DNA of 64,000 bases from an uncultured cyanobacterium (GTDB lineage: Bacteria > Cyanobacteriota > Cyanobacteriia > CAKZMO01): NCBI GenBank assembly GCA_963719515.1, contig CAVRCJ010000010.1, positions 448,001-512,000 on the forward strand, read 5' to 3'. The translations under genes were made by a program, and so were the position numbers. The notes under the pieces were generated by a model. The model made no database searches. It was not told the DNA's origin and saw only the letters and a list, made by a program, of their open reading frames with translations. Shown here one piece after another: positions 53,028 through 62,814 of this stretch. Position 1 is the stretch's first letter, and every line of letters starts with the position of its first letter.

Positions 53028-54701
53028 ATGCCTAGCTCTAAATCCAGCCATGAGTGGTGGCATGGTGCAATTATCTATGAAATTTATGTTAGAAGCTTTT
53101 GCGACAGCAACGGCGACGGGGTGGGCGATCTTAGGGGCATCATCAATAAGCTAGACTACCTATCCTCTTTACCCATTGACGCCATTTGGATTACGCCCTT
53201 CTTTGCCTCACCGATGAAGGATTTTGGGTACGATATCTCAGATTACTACGCCGTTGATCCGCTCTTTGGAACGGTTGAAGACTTTGAAGAGCTGATCGAA
53301 AAAGCCCATGCGCGAGACCTAAAGGTGATTATTGATCAAGTGTGGAGCCACACCTCTGATATCCACCCCTGGTTTGCTGAAAGTCAGTCGAGTCGGGATA
53401 ACTCCAAAGCCGATTGGTATGTGTGGGCTGACGCTAAGGACGGCGATGTCCCCAACAACTGGCTCTCAATTTTCGGGGGGTCGGCCTGGGCCTGGAGCGA
53501 GACGCGCCAGCAATACTATCTCCACAATTTTCTGGACTGTCAGCCGGACCTCAACTGGCACAATGCGGACGTGGTGCGCGTCCTGATGCGAGTGGCAGAG
53601 TTTTGGCTCGATAGAGGCGTGGATGGGTTTCGCCTAGATGCCTGCAATTACTATATACATGACCTCAGCCTGCTGGATAATCCCTCCCGAACGGTGGGAA
53701 TGCCGATTCAAGACGGCGTATCGTCGCTGAACCCCTATTCTAAGTACCTCAACCTTCACAATATGAACGTGGTGAAGAACGTTCAGTCCCTGCGCCGGAT
53801 TCGGAAAGTCCTCAACAAGTATCCCGGCAGCATTGCCATGGGCGAAATTGTGGCTGCCGACGACCCAATGGGCCAGACCGTCCAGTACATCCGCGGCACA
53901 AAGCGGCTGCACACCGCCTACAATAGCGCCCTGCTGGTGAATGAAAGGTTGACGCCGCGGCTCGTTGCTGCGTCCCAAGAAGACCTATCGCTGCACCTAG
54001 AGGACGATGAGGAAGAAATGATCTGCTTGACCATGAGCACCCATGACTTCCCGCGGGCGCGGTCTCGCTGGGCTCCCAAAGATCCCGCCATGATCCCCGC
54101 CTTTGAGAGGCTTTTACTAACGCTGATGTCGACGCTGCGGGGGCTGATTTGCTTTTATCAGGGAGAAGAGCTGGGGCTCACCGAAACCGACATCCCCGAA
54201 GCTGAGATGCAGGATCCCTTCGGCATTCACTTTGCGGATTACTTCTCCGGGCGAGACGGTTGCCGAACTCCCATGCCCTGGCAAAAGGAGGCCGAGAATC
54301 TGGGCTTCACCACCGCTGAGAAACCCTGGATTCGCCTAGATTCTTCGTTTGCCCCTTTGGCCATTGACCGCCAAGAAGAAGACCCCACGTCCCTACTCAA
54401 CTATTTCCGCTCGTTCGTCAAATGGCGTAACCGCCAGCCAGCGCTCAAGTACGGCGACTTCGACCCCATCGAAGTCGGCGATAGCATCTTGTCTTTTATT
54501 CGCAAGATTCCAGACCAGCGGCTGCTGTGCGTCTTCAACCTCAGCGAAGAGACCACAAACTATCTGGTTTCCTGCCGCTACGGCCATCCCCTCAGGCAAA
54601 ACGGAATTACCAACTTCGCGGTGACCAATCTAGGTAACGGGGACCGCACCATTGAACTGGAGCCCTTTGGGTTTGCCATCTTTGAGCGGGAGTTCTTTTA
54701 A
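53028..54701 (+). CDS. GH13 alpha-glucosidase
   Basis: YEIYVRSF, FRLDA, GEI, THD, RDGCRTPMPW. Confidence 0.9.
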   Translation: MPSSKSSHEWWHGAIIYEIYVRSFCDSNGDGVGDLRGIINKLDYLSSLPIDAIWITPFFASPMKDFGYDISDYYAVDPLFGTVEDFEELIEKAHARDLKVIIDQVWSHTSDIHPWFAESQSSRDNSKADWYVWADAKDGDVPNNWLSIFGGSAWAWSETRQQYYLHNFLDCQPDLNWHNADVVRVLMRVAEFWLDRGVDGFRLDACNYYIHDLSLLDNPSRTVGMPIQDGVSSLNPYSKYLNLHNMNVVKNVQSLRRIRKVLNKYPGSIAMGEIVAADDPMGQTVQYIRGTKRLHTAYNSALLVNERLTPRLVAASQEDLSLHLEDDEEEMICLTMSTHDFPRARSRWAPKDPAMIPAFERLLLTLMSTLRGLICFYQGEELGLTETDIPEAEMQDPFGIHFADYFSGRDGCRTPMPWQKEAENLGFTTAEKPWIRLDSSFAPLAIDRQEEDPTSLLNYFRSFVKWRNRQPALKYGDFDPIEVGDSILSFIRKIPDQRLLCVFNLSEETTNYLVSCRYGHPLRQNGITNFAVTNLGNGDRTIELEPFGFAIFEREFF

Positions 54702-56380
54702 AGGGCTTGGGCAATGAGTCCCTCGAAGGGCTGAAGTACCCACCGCTGCCCGGAGCGCGCCTCCCTGGCGTTCTGGACGGCTTGATTGGGGAGCGCTTGA
54801 GCAAGAGCTTGTCCGTGGGTAGACAGTACAAGATGCCAGGTCTCTTTGACGGCCTCTGGCGAGTCAATCGGATCTAGCGCAAAGTTCTGAGGCTGGTCGG
54901 AAAAATTGAGCAAGATCAAAACAGTTTGGCCGGCGTGCGATCGCAAGTAGGCCAGAACAGTGGGGTTTTGCCCCAGTAGCTCCAGGCTACCCTGGAAGAG
55001 AGCTGGGGTTTGCCGCCGCAGCTGAATCAGCCGTTTGTGGTGGCTTAACACGGAGTTAGAGTCAGCCTGCTGTACGGCAACGTTGCGCTGGGCGGCGTCG
55101 CGGTTCAGCTTGTACCACGGCTTGCCGGTGGTAAACCCGGACTGGGGACACTGGTCAGTCCAGGGCATGGGAGTCCGGCAGCCGTCGCGCCCTTTATATT
55201 CTGGCCACCGCACGTGGCCGCGCGGGTCTTGAACGTCTTCTCGGGTCTCTGGTGGGGTGTCCCGCAGCCCGATTTCCTCGCCGTAGTAGAGAAAAGGAAT
55301 ACCCCGCAGGGTAAACAGAAGGGTGGCCAATAGTTTAGCCACCGCATCGGATTGTGCCGGCAGGGCATAGCGCTCGATGGAGCGCGGAAAGTCATGATTG
55401 CTGAGCACCAGGGTTGTGTCCCGGTTGACCAAACTTTGTTCTGTAGCTTGAATAATGTGGCGAAAAGCCTCTGCGCTCAAGGCCGGAACTATGCTGAGAA
55501 AGAAATTGAAGGGCAGATGAATTTCGTCGTTGCGATCGCCATAAAACGGGCGCAAGTCTTCTGGGGTCGGCACCCAAATTTCGCCAATTAGTAGGGGAGC
55601 GTTGCCGCAGCGATCTGTTAGGCCCTGCCGCAGTGTTTTGAGCAGCTGATGATTTCCGGGATGATTGATGGTGTGGACAGGCAGCTGGTTGAACTGAAAA
55701 ATGTTTTGCAGGTAGAGCGGCAGCTCCTCTACGATCGGGTTATTCCGCAAGGCTAGGTCTTCAACCAAGTAGTTGATCGCATCTAGCCGCAGGCCAGCCG
55801 CTCCCTGGTCAATCCAAAATTCGCAAATGCTGGTCATCTCCCGGACGACGTCGGGGTTGCGCCAGTTTAGATCGGGCTGCTGGTGGAGGTGAAAGTGATA
55901 GTAATACTGCTCTGTTTTAGAGTCGAAGGTCCAGCAGGAGCGCTCAAATCCTTCCCAATTATTGGGCGGTCCCCCGTCATGGCCGTCTCGCCAGATGTAC
56001 CAATCTCGCTTGGCAGAGGTTCGAGACTGCCGCGACTCAAGGAAGAAGGGATGCTGGTCGGAGGTGTGGTTGAGAACAATGTCAACAATCACCTTAATGT
56101 TTCGCGCCTTTGCCGCACTGATCAGAGCCTTGAAGATTTTTAGCGTTCCCAAACGCGAATCGATCGCCTTATGATCGCTGATATCGTATCCCAGATCCAC
56201 TTGGGGAGATTCATAGAAAGGCGTGACCCAAATCGCATCAACCCCCAGCCAGCTCAAGTAGTCTAACCGATCAATAACACCTTGCAGATCGCCAACGCCG
56301 TCGCCGTCAGAGTCTTGAAAGCTACGAATGTAGATTTCGTAGAAGACGGCGGTTTTCCACCACGCAGGATCGATTTTCAC
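54698..56380 (-). CDS. GH13 alpha-glucosidase (second paralog)
   Basis: YEIYIRSF, LRLDA, GEI, NHD, RDGCRTPMPW. Confidence 0.9.
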   Translation of the reverse strand: MKIDPAWWKTAVFYEIYIRSFQDSDGDGVGDLQGVIDRLDYLSWLGVDAIWVTPFYESPQVDLGYDISDHKAIDSRLGTLKIFKALISAAKARNIKVIVDIVLNHTSDQHPFFLESRQSRTSAKRDWYIWRDGHDGGPPNNWEGFERSCWTFDSKTEQYYYHFHLHQQPDLNWRNPDVVREMTSICEFWIDQGAAGLRLDAINYLVEDLALRNNPIVEELPLYLQNIFQFNQLPVHTINHPGNHQLLKTLRQGLTDRCGNAPLLIGEIWVPTPEDLRPFYGDRNDEIHLPFNFFLSIVPALSAEAFRHIIQATEQSLVNRDTTLVLSNHDFPRSIERYALPAQSDAVAKLLATLLFTLRGIPFLYYGEEIGLRDTPPETREDVQDPRGHVRWPEYKGRDGCRTPMPWTDQCPQSGFTTGKPWYKLNRDAAQRNVAVQQADSNSVLSHHKRLIQLRRQTPALFQGSLELLGQNPTVLAYLRSHAGQTVLILLNFSDQPQNFALDPIDSPEAVKETWHLVLSTHGQALAQALPNQAVQNAREARSGQRWVLQPFEGLIAQAL

Positions 56381-56752
56381 GGTCTAGGCTGTTCCTGAAG
56401 TTTTGTATTAAGTCATGAAGACCCGTGCATTTTGCTCTCAGGAAAACGCAGAAATTGAGGACGTGAAATTGAGGACGTGAGAAATAGATGCAGAAAATTC
56501 TATGAAAGCGGCATTTTCTGGCATTCTTCTGGAGTGATCTTACATGTTGATTGATTGGTTAAGGGAAAAAATTCCGTCTCTAGAGAGTTAACTTCGTATT
56601 TTAGGCAATGGAACTTTGCGGCGCTCAGCCACTGCCCAATACTGCCCAATCACTGATGGAGGATCTGACTTTCTATGCGCCAACGGTATCCCTTGAGGTG
56701 TCACCCGTGGAGCTGAGCGCCCCTGAGGAGGGGCGCTGAAGAGGGGACTTAC

Positions 56753-58043
56753 TTGACATCCTCCCCGCCCTGAAGAGCGGGGATTCCCGGTCTGCCCACT
56801 AGGTGGACTCCCGACGGGTGGACGCCTCAGCGCGGATTGCCCCTGACGAGGTCTTATGCCCGCTCCGCGTCCGTTTAGAGTCTCGGGCTAGCTCCAGCCC
56901 AGACGTTTCAATATTGCGGCTAGCATTGCCGTCCCGGTCTTGGGTTTTGCCGCAACCAAGGCAGACCAGCTCGCGCACCGACAGCTCCAGCTTGCCCCAG
57001 CGGTAGCCGCAGTCGGCACACTTCTGGCTAGTCGGCTCCCACCGGCTGATGACCGATACCTCGCGTTCCAGTATCATCGCGGCCTTGGCCTCACACATGG
57101 TTCGCAGTTCACGCCAGCCCTGCTGCGCAATAGCGCGGGCCAACTTGCGGTTGCGGACCATGCCGGACACGTTCAGGTCTTCAATAGCCACAACGCTATG
57201 GTTGCGAATCAGCCAGGTCGAGAGCTTATGCAGAAAATCCTTGCGGATGTCCCGCTGCTTGGCCTTTAGCTTAGCAATGCGCAGCCGGGTGCGCTCACGG
57301 CGCTTCGACCCCTTGAAGCGCCTATTCAGCTTGCGCTGCTCACGGCGTATCTTGCGGCCAATGCGGTCGTAACCAGGAGACTCAACGCGCTGGCCGCTGC
57401 TGAGCACCGCGAACGTCTTGATACCCAAGTCCACACCCACGCTTTGGTTCTCAGCGCGAATGTGGACTGGCTGCACTTCGACAACGAAGCTCAGAAGATA
57501 GCGGCCTGCTCTGTCCTTGATGACGGTGACGGATGACGGCTCAGACGGCAGCGGCCTCGACCAGCGCACCTTGAGGTTGCCAATTTTGGCTAGATAGACC
57601 TTGTCGCCCTTGAGCGAGAAGCCGCCCTTGCGGAATCGCGCCGACTGGCGGTTGTCTTTGCGCTTGAACCGGGGCGGCATCACCTTTGGTCCTTTGCGCT
57701 TGCCTTTGAGCGAATCAAAGAAGTTTTTGAACGCTACGCCCAAATCGGCGATGGACTGCTGCAGCGGGATATTTGATACCTCGCTCAGCCACTGGCGCTC
57801 AACCGTTTTCTTGGCCTGCGTGATGCAAGCCTTCTGAAGGTCGCCATTCTTAGGCAGCGAATCCGACTCCTTGCACAGTGCTAAGGCGTCGTTCCACACG
57901 ACACGGCAGCAGCCAAACAGCTTGGCTAAGCTGATCTGCTGTCCGGACGTGGGATAGACCCGGTACTGGTAGCGGCACTTCATAAATACAATTGTCCTAC
58001 AAAAGCCGCCCTAAAGGGCGGGGCTTGAGACCCAGTTTTTTTG
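56753..58043 (-). mobile_element. IS200/IS605 tnpB-only element B
   Basis: Minus strand: TGAC|CAAAAAAACTGGG..CAAG plus hairpin at the left end; GAAT plus hairpin ...GGATGTCAA| at the right end. Confidence 0.9.
56799..57983 (-). CDS. tnpB: RNA-guided endonuclease TnpB
   Basis: YRVYPT HTH, GVDLG, IEDL, DRDGNAS, zinc finger. Confidence 0.94.
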   Translation of the reverse strand: MKCRYQYRVYPTSGQQISLAKLFGCCRVVWNDALALCKESDSLPKNGDLQKACITQAKKTVERQWLSEVSNIPLQQSIADLGVAFKNFFDSLKGKRKGPKVMPPRFKRKDNRQSARFRKGGFSLKGDKVYLAKIGNLKVRWSRPLPSEPSSVTVIKDRAGRYLLSFVVEVQPVHIRAENQSVGVDLGIKTFAVLSSGQRVESPGYDRIGRKIRREQRKLNRRFKGSKRRERTRLRIAKLKAKQRDIRKDFLHKLSTWLIRNHSVVAIEDLNVSGMVRNRKLARAIAQQGWRELRTMCEAKAAMILEREVSVISRWEPTSQKCADCGYRWGKLELSVRELVCLGCGKTQDRDGNASRNIETSGLELARDSKRTRSGHKTSSGAIRAEASTRREST

Positions 58044-58149
58044 GTCATCGGCTTGAGGGTTACCGGCTAGGGGGCGATCGCGCTGCGGGAGGGAAAAGGA
58101 CGTAGGCCTCGATACGCTAAATTTGTTCTATCCGCTATTCACACCCCCT

Positions 58150-58731
58150 ATGGTTCTCACTCCCTCCACCATGCTCGACCTGGGCACCCAGGCCCCAGCA
58201 TTCCAGCTTAAAGACGTCACCTCCGGCGACACCGTCTCCTTGGACACCTTCGGCGAGGCCCGAGCCCTACTCATCATGTTCATCTGCCGCCACTGCCCCT
58301 TTGTCATGCATGTGCAGCAGGAGCTAGCCCAAATCGGCAAAGCCTACCAGAATAAGCCGTTGGGCATCATTGCCATCAGCGCTAACGACGCCGAGAAATA
58401 CCCCGCTGATGCGCCTGAACGCCTCCAGGAGATGGCCCAGGAGCTAGAGTTCACCTTTCCGCTGTGCTTTGATAAAGATCAGTCGGTGTCGAAGGCCTAC
58501 ACCGCCGCCTGCACGCCGGACTTCTTCGTGTTTGATGGCGATCGCCAGCTGGTTTACCGAGGACAACTTGACGACAGTCGCCCCGGAAACGATAAGCCCG
58601 TCACCGGGAAAGACCTGCGGGGTGCTTTAGATGCTGTGCTAGCCGGTGAATCTTTGCCTACCGATCAGCAGCCCAGCATAGGCTGCAATATCAAGTGGAT
58701 ACCGGGCAACGAGCCGGATTATTTTGGTTAG
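58150..58731 (+). CDS. Thioredoxin-fold (AhpC/TSA-like) protein
   Basis: ICRHCPFV, AACTPDFF, PSIGCNIKW. Confidence 0.9.
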   Translation: MVLTPSTMLDLGTQAPAFQLKDVTSGDTVSLDTFGEARALLIMFICRHCPFVMHVQQELAQIGKAYQNKPLGIIAISANDAEKYPADAPERLQEMAQELEFTFPLCFDKDQSVSKAYTAACTPDFFVFDGDRQLVYRGQLDDSRPGNDKPVTGKDLRGALDAVLAGESLPTDQQPSIGCNIKWIPGNEPDYFG

Positions 58732-58742
58732 CGGGGAATCCT

Positions 58743-59120
58743 ATGGCTTCTAAACGTAAATCTTCTAGCGGTGACCGCGTCGTCTATTCTGAATTTGGCA
58801 GCGGCGCTACCGAACGAGCTCCTGGGCGAGCTCCTGGGCGGGCCACCGAACGGGCCACCCCATCTCGACCACCCGGCGAGCAAAAAATCAGGGTGCAGGT
58901 GAGCCGTAAGGGACGTAAGGGGAAAACGGTGACCCTGCTTACCGGCTTTGAGACAACTCCCGAGATCCTAGCGGCGCTGCTTAAAACCCTCAAGGGGCGC
59001 TGCGGGGCAGGCGGCACCGTCAAAGACGACGTCATCGAAATTCAAGGGGATCACGCCCAGACGATTGTGCAGGTGCTCATTCAGCAGGGGTACGCGGCAA
59101 AAATTAGTGGGGGAAAGTAG
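58743..59120 (+). CDS. yciH: Translation initiation factor SUI1/YciH
   Basis: GRKGKTVT, CGAGGTVK, IEIQGDH. Confidence 0.9.
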   Translation: MASKRKSSSGDRVVYSEFGSGATERAPGRAPGRATERATPSRPPGEQKIRVQVSRKGRKGKTVTLLTGFETTPEILAALLKTLKGRCGAGGTVKDDVIEIQGDHAQTIVQVLIQQGYAAKISGGK

Positions 59121-59246
59121 GGCCGACCGGCTCTACCCAACGGCGGAAACCCGCGATTTACGCTGTCGATCTGTCGGGAGAGAGGCAAAATGGGAGAGTA
59201 GGTGATGCGCATCACCTGAATTTAGGCCCTTCCCGTGGTGTTGCTT

Positions 59247-60782
59247 ATGCCGTCCCCGCGTCCCGACATTGTCTTTTTGGTGCTCGACACCCAGCGCCGC
59301 GATCGCCTGTCCTGTTACGGCTACCCGCTGCCCACCTCGCCCAATATTGACGCGATCGCCGAGGTCAGCACTCGCTTCACCAGCGCTATCTCAGCGGCCC
59401 AGTGGACCATTCCCTCCCACGCCTCCATGTTCACAGGGCGCTACCCCTCGTCCCACGGGGTGCTGCAGTCCTACTCCGTTCTTCCAGATGACCTGCCGAC
59501 GCTGGCAGAGCGCCTCAGTCAGGGCGGCTATTTCACCGCAGGCTTTTGCAACAACCCGCTGGTGGGCGTAATCAACAATGGCCTGCGGCGGGGCTTTTAC
59601 AGCTTTTTGAACTACAGCGGTCTTCTAACCTCCCATCCCAATCAGGCGGGGTTGCAAACTGGGCTGCTGGGGCGATATCGCCAGTTTTTCAAACGCACGT
59701 TGGCTAAAGGGCTCAGCCAAGTTCAAGATGCCTTTGCCCGCTCCGAGCTGATGCTGATGCTGTCCTTTTCGCCGCTGATGGTGCCGCTGTGGCAAACAGC
59801 CCTTAGCTTTAAGGGCAACACCGCCAAATCGCTAGAAGACGCCGCCGACCTGCTCATCAACCGCAATGGCCCCGACGCGGACCAGCCCGTCTTCACCTTC
59901 ATTAATCTCATGGGCACCCACATGCCCTATCACCCCCCCCGCCGCTATATTGAGAAATTTGCCCCCAACGTGCTGAAGGACAAAAAGGCGCGGCACTACC
60001 TGCGGCAGTTCAACAGCGACATCTACGGCTGGCTAGCTCCGCTAGCGGGCTGCTTAGACGAGCATCAAAAAGCTACGCTAGACGGCATGTACGACGCCGA
60101 GGTGGCCTGCCAGGACGAGCAGCTAGGGGTGTTTTTAGATCGCCTCCGGGAGAGCGGCAGGCTGGATAACACCCTGCTGGTGATTTGCTCCGACCACGGG
60201 GAGCACCTGGGGGAAAAACAGTTTATTGGCCATTCCATCTCGCTCTACAACGAGCTGGTCAGCGTGCCCCTGATCGTTCACGCGCCGGGCCAGTCTGGGG
60301 CGGGTGCCGTACGGGACGAGATCGTCTCCACGCGCCAGCTGTTCCACACCATGCTCACCAGCGCGGGGCTAGCGGATGAAGAAGAGCGATCGCTCTCTCT
60401 CATAGACGTCCCTATCGCCGAGAACGGCTACGTCTTTTCAGAAGCCATTCCGCCGCAGAACGTGGTTCACCTGCTAGAGAAACGCCAGCCTGAGCTGATT
60501 CGCGATCGCTTTTGCAACCAGACTCGACGGGCCGTATGGCTGGGCAACTATAAGCTGATTGAGACGGGAAATCAGCTGCTGGAGCTGTACGACGTCCACC
60601 AAGATCCCACCGAAGGACTCAACCTCAGCGCTGTGCTGCCGGAGGATACGGAGGTGCTGCAGGACTACTTAGACGCTTTTTCAGGGGAAAATGTCCCTGC
60701 TGGCGCAGCTAGCCGCGCCCCTGGCTTCGACGACCCGGAGGTCCAGCGGCGGCTACGGGATTTGGGGTATCTGGAAGATTGA
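59247..60782 (+). CDS. Sulfatase-like hydrolase (alkaline phosphatase superfamily)
   Basis: LVLDT.R.D, WTIPSHASMFTG, SDHGE, RLRDLGY. Confidence 0.88.
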   Translation: MPSPRPDIVFLVLDTQRRDRLSCYGYPLPTSPNIDAIAEVSTRFTSAISAAQWTIPSHASMFTGRYPSSHGVLQSYSVLPDDLPTLAERLSQGGYFTAGFCNNPLVGVINNGLRRGFYSFLNYSGLLTSHPNQAGLQTGLLGRYRQFFKRTLAKGLSQVQDAFARSELMLMLSFSPLMVPLWQTALSFKGNTAKSLEDAADLLINRNGPDADQPVFTFINLMGTHMPYHPPRRYIEKFAPNVLKDKKARHYLRQFNSDIYGWLAPLAGCLDEHQKATLDGMYDAEVACQDEQLGVFLDRLRESGRLDNTLLVICSDHGEHLGEKQFIGHSISLYNELVSVPLIVHAPGQSGAGAVRDEIVSTRQLFHTMLTSAGLADEEERSLSLIDVPIAENGYVFSEAIPPQNVVHLLEKRQPELIRDRFCNQTRRAVWLGNYKLIETGNQLLELYDVHQDPTEGLNLSAVLPEDTEVLQDYLDAFSGENVPAGAASRAPGFDDPEVQRRLRDLGYLED

Positions 60783-61008
60783 GGGACGGAGGGCGTTGAC
60801 GCTTTAGCGCTCTTTGCCGCTCATTCAGAAATTAATTCGCGCCGGACCCTTTCGAATCGCGTAGCAGCCTACCGCTATGGGGAAAGTGGACGGCATACTA
60901 TTCGGGCTGTCATTCTCTCGGAGCTACAGTCGCTACAAGCGTAATTGAACAGTGACGCGGCAGTCCCTAATCTCAGCGTAGCGGATTAGGGAAGGATAGC
61001 GGCGACCG

Positions 61009-61149
61009 CTAGGGAGCAATCTTAGGCAGTCGCCTCACGTACTCGCGAATTACTAAAGCGATACTCCAGCCCTTGTTATCTGCGTAAGCTTTCAACTTTT
61101 CAAATTCTTCATTGGTCATTCGTACTCTCAACATCTTGTCTAGCGGCAT
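61009..61149 (-). CDS. 46-aa ribbon-helix-helix protein divergent from tnpB
   Basis: MPLDKMLRVRMTNEEFEKLKAYADNKGWSIALVIREYVRRLPKIAP. Confidence 0.72.
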   Translation of the reverse strand: MPLDKMLRVRMTNEEFEKLKAYADNKGWSIALVIREYVRRLPKIAP

Positions 61150-61177
61150 ACTGCTACAACCGTGCTACAATAATTGC

Positions 61178-62422
61178 ATGCTAACACGACGTATCACCTA
61201 CCGGCTATATCCGACCAAACGGCAGGATAGTAAGCTGTTTGAGTGGAAACGTTTGCATTGCTATCTATACAATGCAGCGTTAGCTGACAGGCGCGACATG
61301 TATAAACGCTGGGGCATCAGTGTTGACTATTATGCTCAGCAGAATTGTTTGCCAGCGTTCAAGGCAGAATGGCCTGAATTTGCTGAGCTTGGCAGTCATG
61401 CGCTGCAAGCGACATTAAAGCGGGTTGACTTCGCATTTGAGCGGTTTTTCAAGGGACTTGGAGGATATCCAAAGTTTAAGGGAAACCGCTTTTATGCTGG
61501 CTGGACATATCCGTGTAAGGCAGGCTGGAAAGCGCTCACCGAGGGCAAGCATGGTAGCTTGAAACTGTCTAACCTAGGCGTTATCAAGATGCGCGGCAAC
61601 GCCCGCACATGGGGCACCCCTACCACTTGCACTATCTTCTGTCGGAATGGCAGGTGGTATACCAGCATCACGGTCAAATGCAGCCCGGTGCGGGAGACAG
61701 GGACAGGCGCTATCGGTGTGGACCTGGGCTGCAAAGATGCCATATCGTTCTCGGACCGCATCAAAGAGCGCAAGCCTCAATTTATCGCCGAGGGCGACCG
61801 GGCCGTTAAGCGACTGAGCAAGTCCCTGCAAAGGAAGCGCCGCTCTGACCGGCGTGGTGGGGTGCGTGGCTCTCGCAGATGGAAAGCAGCGCAACAAAAG
61901 ATTTCTAGTCGCAAGCGAACAGTGAAGCGCCAGCGCGAGGATTGGCTTCACCAGGTAACCAGCAGCATAGTACGCGATAACAGCCTAGTTGCTGGCGAAC
62001 AACTCAACGTCAAGGGCATGACTCGCAAGGCCCAGAAGGGTAAGCGGAAAAAGCAAAAGGCCGGTCTCAACCGCTCTATCTTGTCGGTAGGGTTTGCCAC
62101 GATTGGCAAGCTGCTATCCTACAAAGAGGCTGAGGCCGGTGGATTCTATGTCGAGTCCCCTACCCGGCAGCTTAAGCCTACTCAGCGGTGTGCTGTGTGC
62201 TGGCAGACGACGCCCAAGACAATGGCTGAGCGCACTCACGTATGCCAGCACTGCGGTCATGTTGAGGGCCGCGATACCAATGCTGCCCAGGTCAATCTGA
62301 TTTGGGCCAAGGGGCAGGAACTGTCCTCAAGCCGTCGAGTATCAACCTCTACTGATTGCGGAAGCATGAAGCAAGTCGGTGCGTTGAAACGTGCGAAACG
62401 TCTAGCTCAGCCTTGCGGCTAG
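61178..62422 (+). CDS. tnpB: RNA-guided endonuclease TnpB
   Basis: TYRLYPT, GVDLG, AGEQL, GRDTNAA, zinc finger. Confidence 0.93.
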   Translation: MLTRRITYRLYPTKRQDSKLFEWKRLHCYLYNAALADRRDMYKRWGISVDYYAQQNCLPAFKAEWPEFAELGSHALQATLKRVDFAFERFFKGLGGYPKFKGNRFYAGWTYPCKAGWKALTEGKHGSLKLSNLGVIKMRGNARTWGTPTTCTIFCRNGRWYTSITVKCSPVRETGTGAIGVDLGCKDAISFSDRIKERKPQFIAEGDRAVKRLSKSLQRKRRSDRRGGVRGSRRWKAAQQKISSRKRTVKRQREDWLHQVTSSIVRDNSLVAGEQLNVKGMTRKAQKGKRKKQKAGLNRSILSVGFATIGKLLSYKEAEAGGFYVESPTRQLKPTQRCAVCWQTTPKTMAERTHVCQHCGHVEGRDTNAAQVNLIWAKGQELSSSRRVSTSTDCGSMKQVGALKRAKRLAQPCG

Positions 62423-62814
62423 ACGTAGTTCATATTCTTGCTGCTTCCCCTATCCCAAATGGGCAAAATTCGCAGCGGCTATTGTATTGAATTGGGCTAA
62501 CGCTCCTACACAATTTAGCAGGATTCTACCCTTTGCTGAGGGAAGCGTCCCGTCCCTCCAGTAGAGGTTGTTTGAAAGCCTTTCCCAAACAACCTGTTCC
62601 CATCGTTAGACAAAGCGCAGCCGCTGCTAAATACACCTGTACTTATACCGAACGCCTGTGATAGCATAAAGCGCTAAGCGATAGAATCATTGCAAAACGT
62701 AAAATTGCTTAGGGCGGTCCACCCCCCCTAATGAAACGGCTGATCGCATCCTCTCAAGACTGTCCCTCAAGCTATCTGGGGGGCTCACTACCGCTCTCTT
62801 ACCGCTGACTCACC

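Larger units (their letters stand above)
60957..62433 (+). mobile_element. IS200/IS605 tnpB-only element C
   Basis: TGAC|GCGGCAG plus TCCCTAATC..GATTAGGGA hairpin at the left end; GAAA plus ACGTCTAGC..GCTAGACGT hairpin then AGTTCAT| at the right end. Confidence 0.8.

Noticed and set aside
48643..62422. Nuclease-dead TnpB (TldR-like) regulators or Cas12f
   Set aside because: All three keep the RuvC D-E-D triad and transposon ends, and no CRISPR array is adjacent.
62600..62700. LexA box upstream of uvrA
   Set aside because: TGTACTTATACC does not match the cyanobacterial RGTAC-N4-GTWC consensus well.
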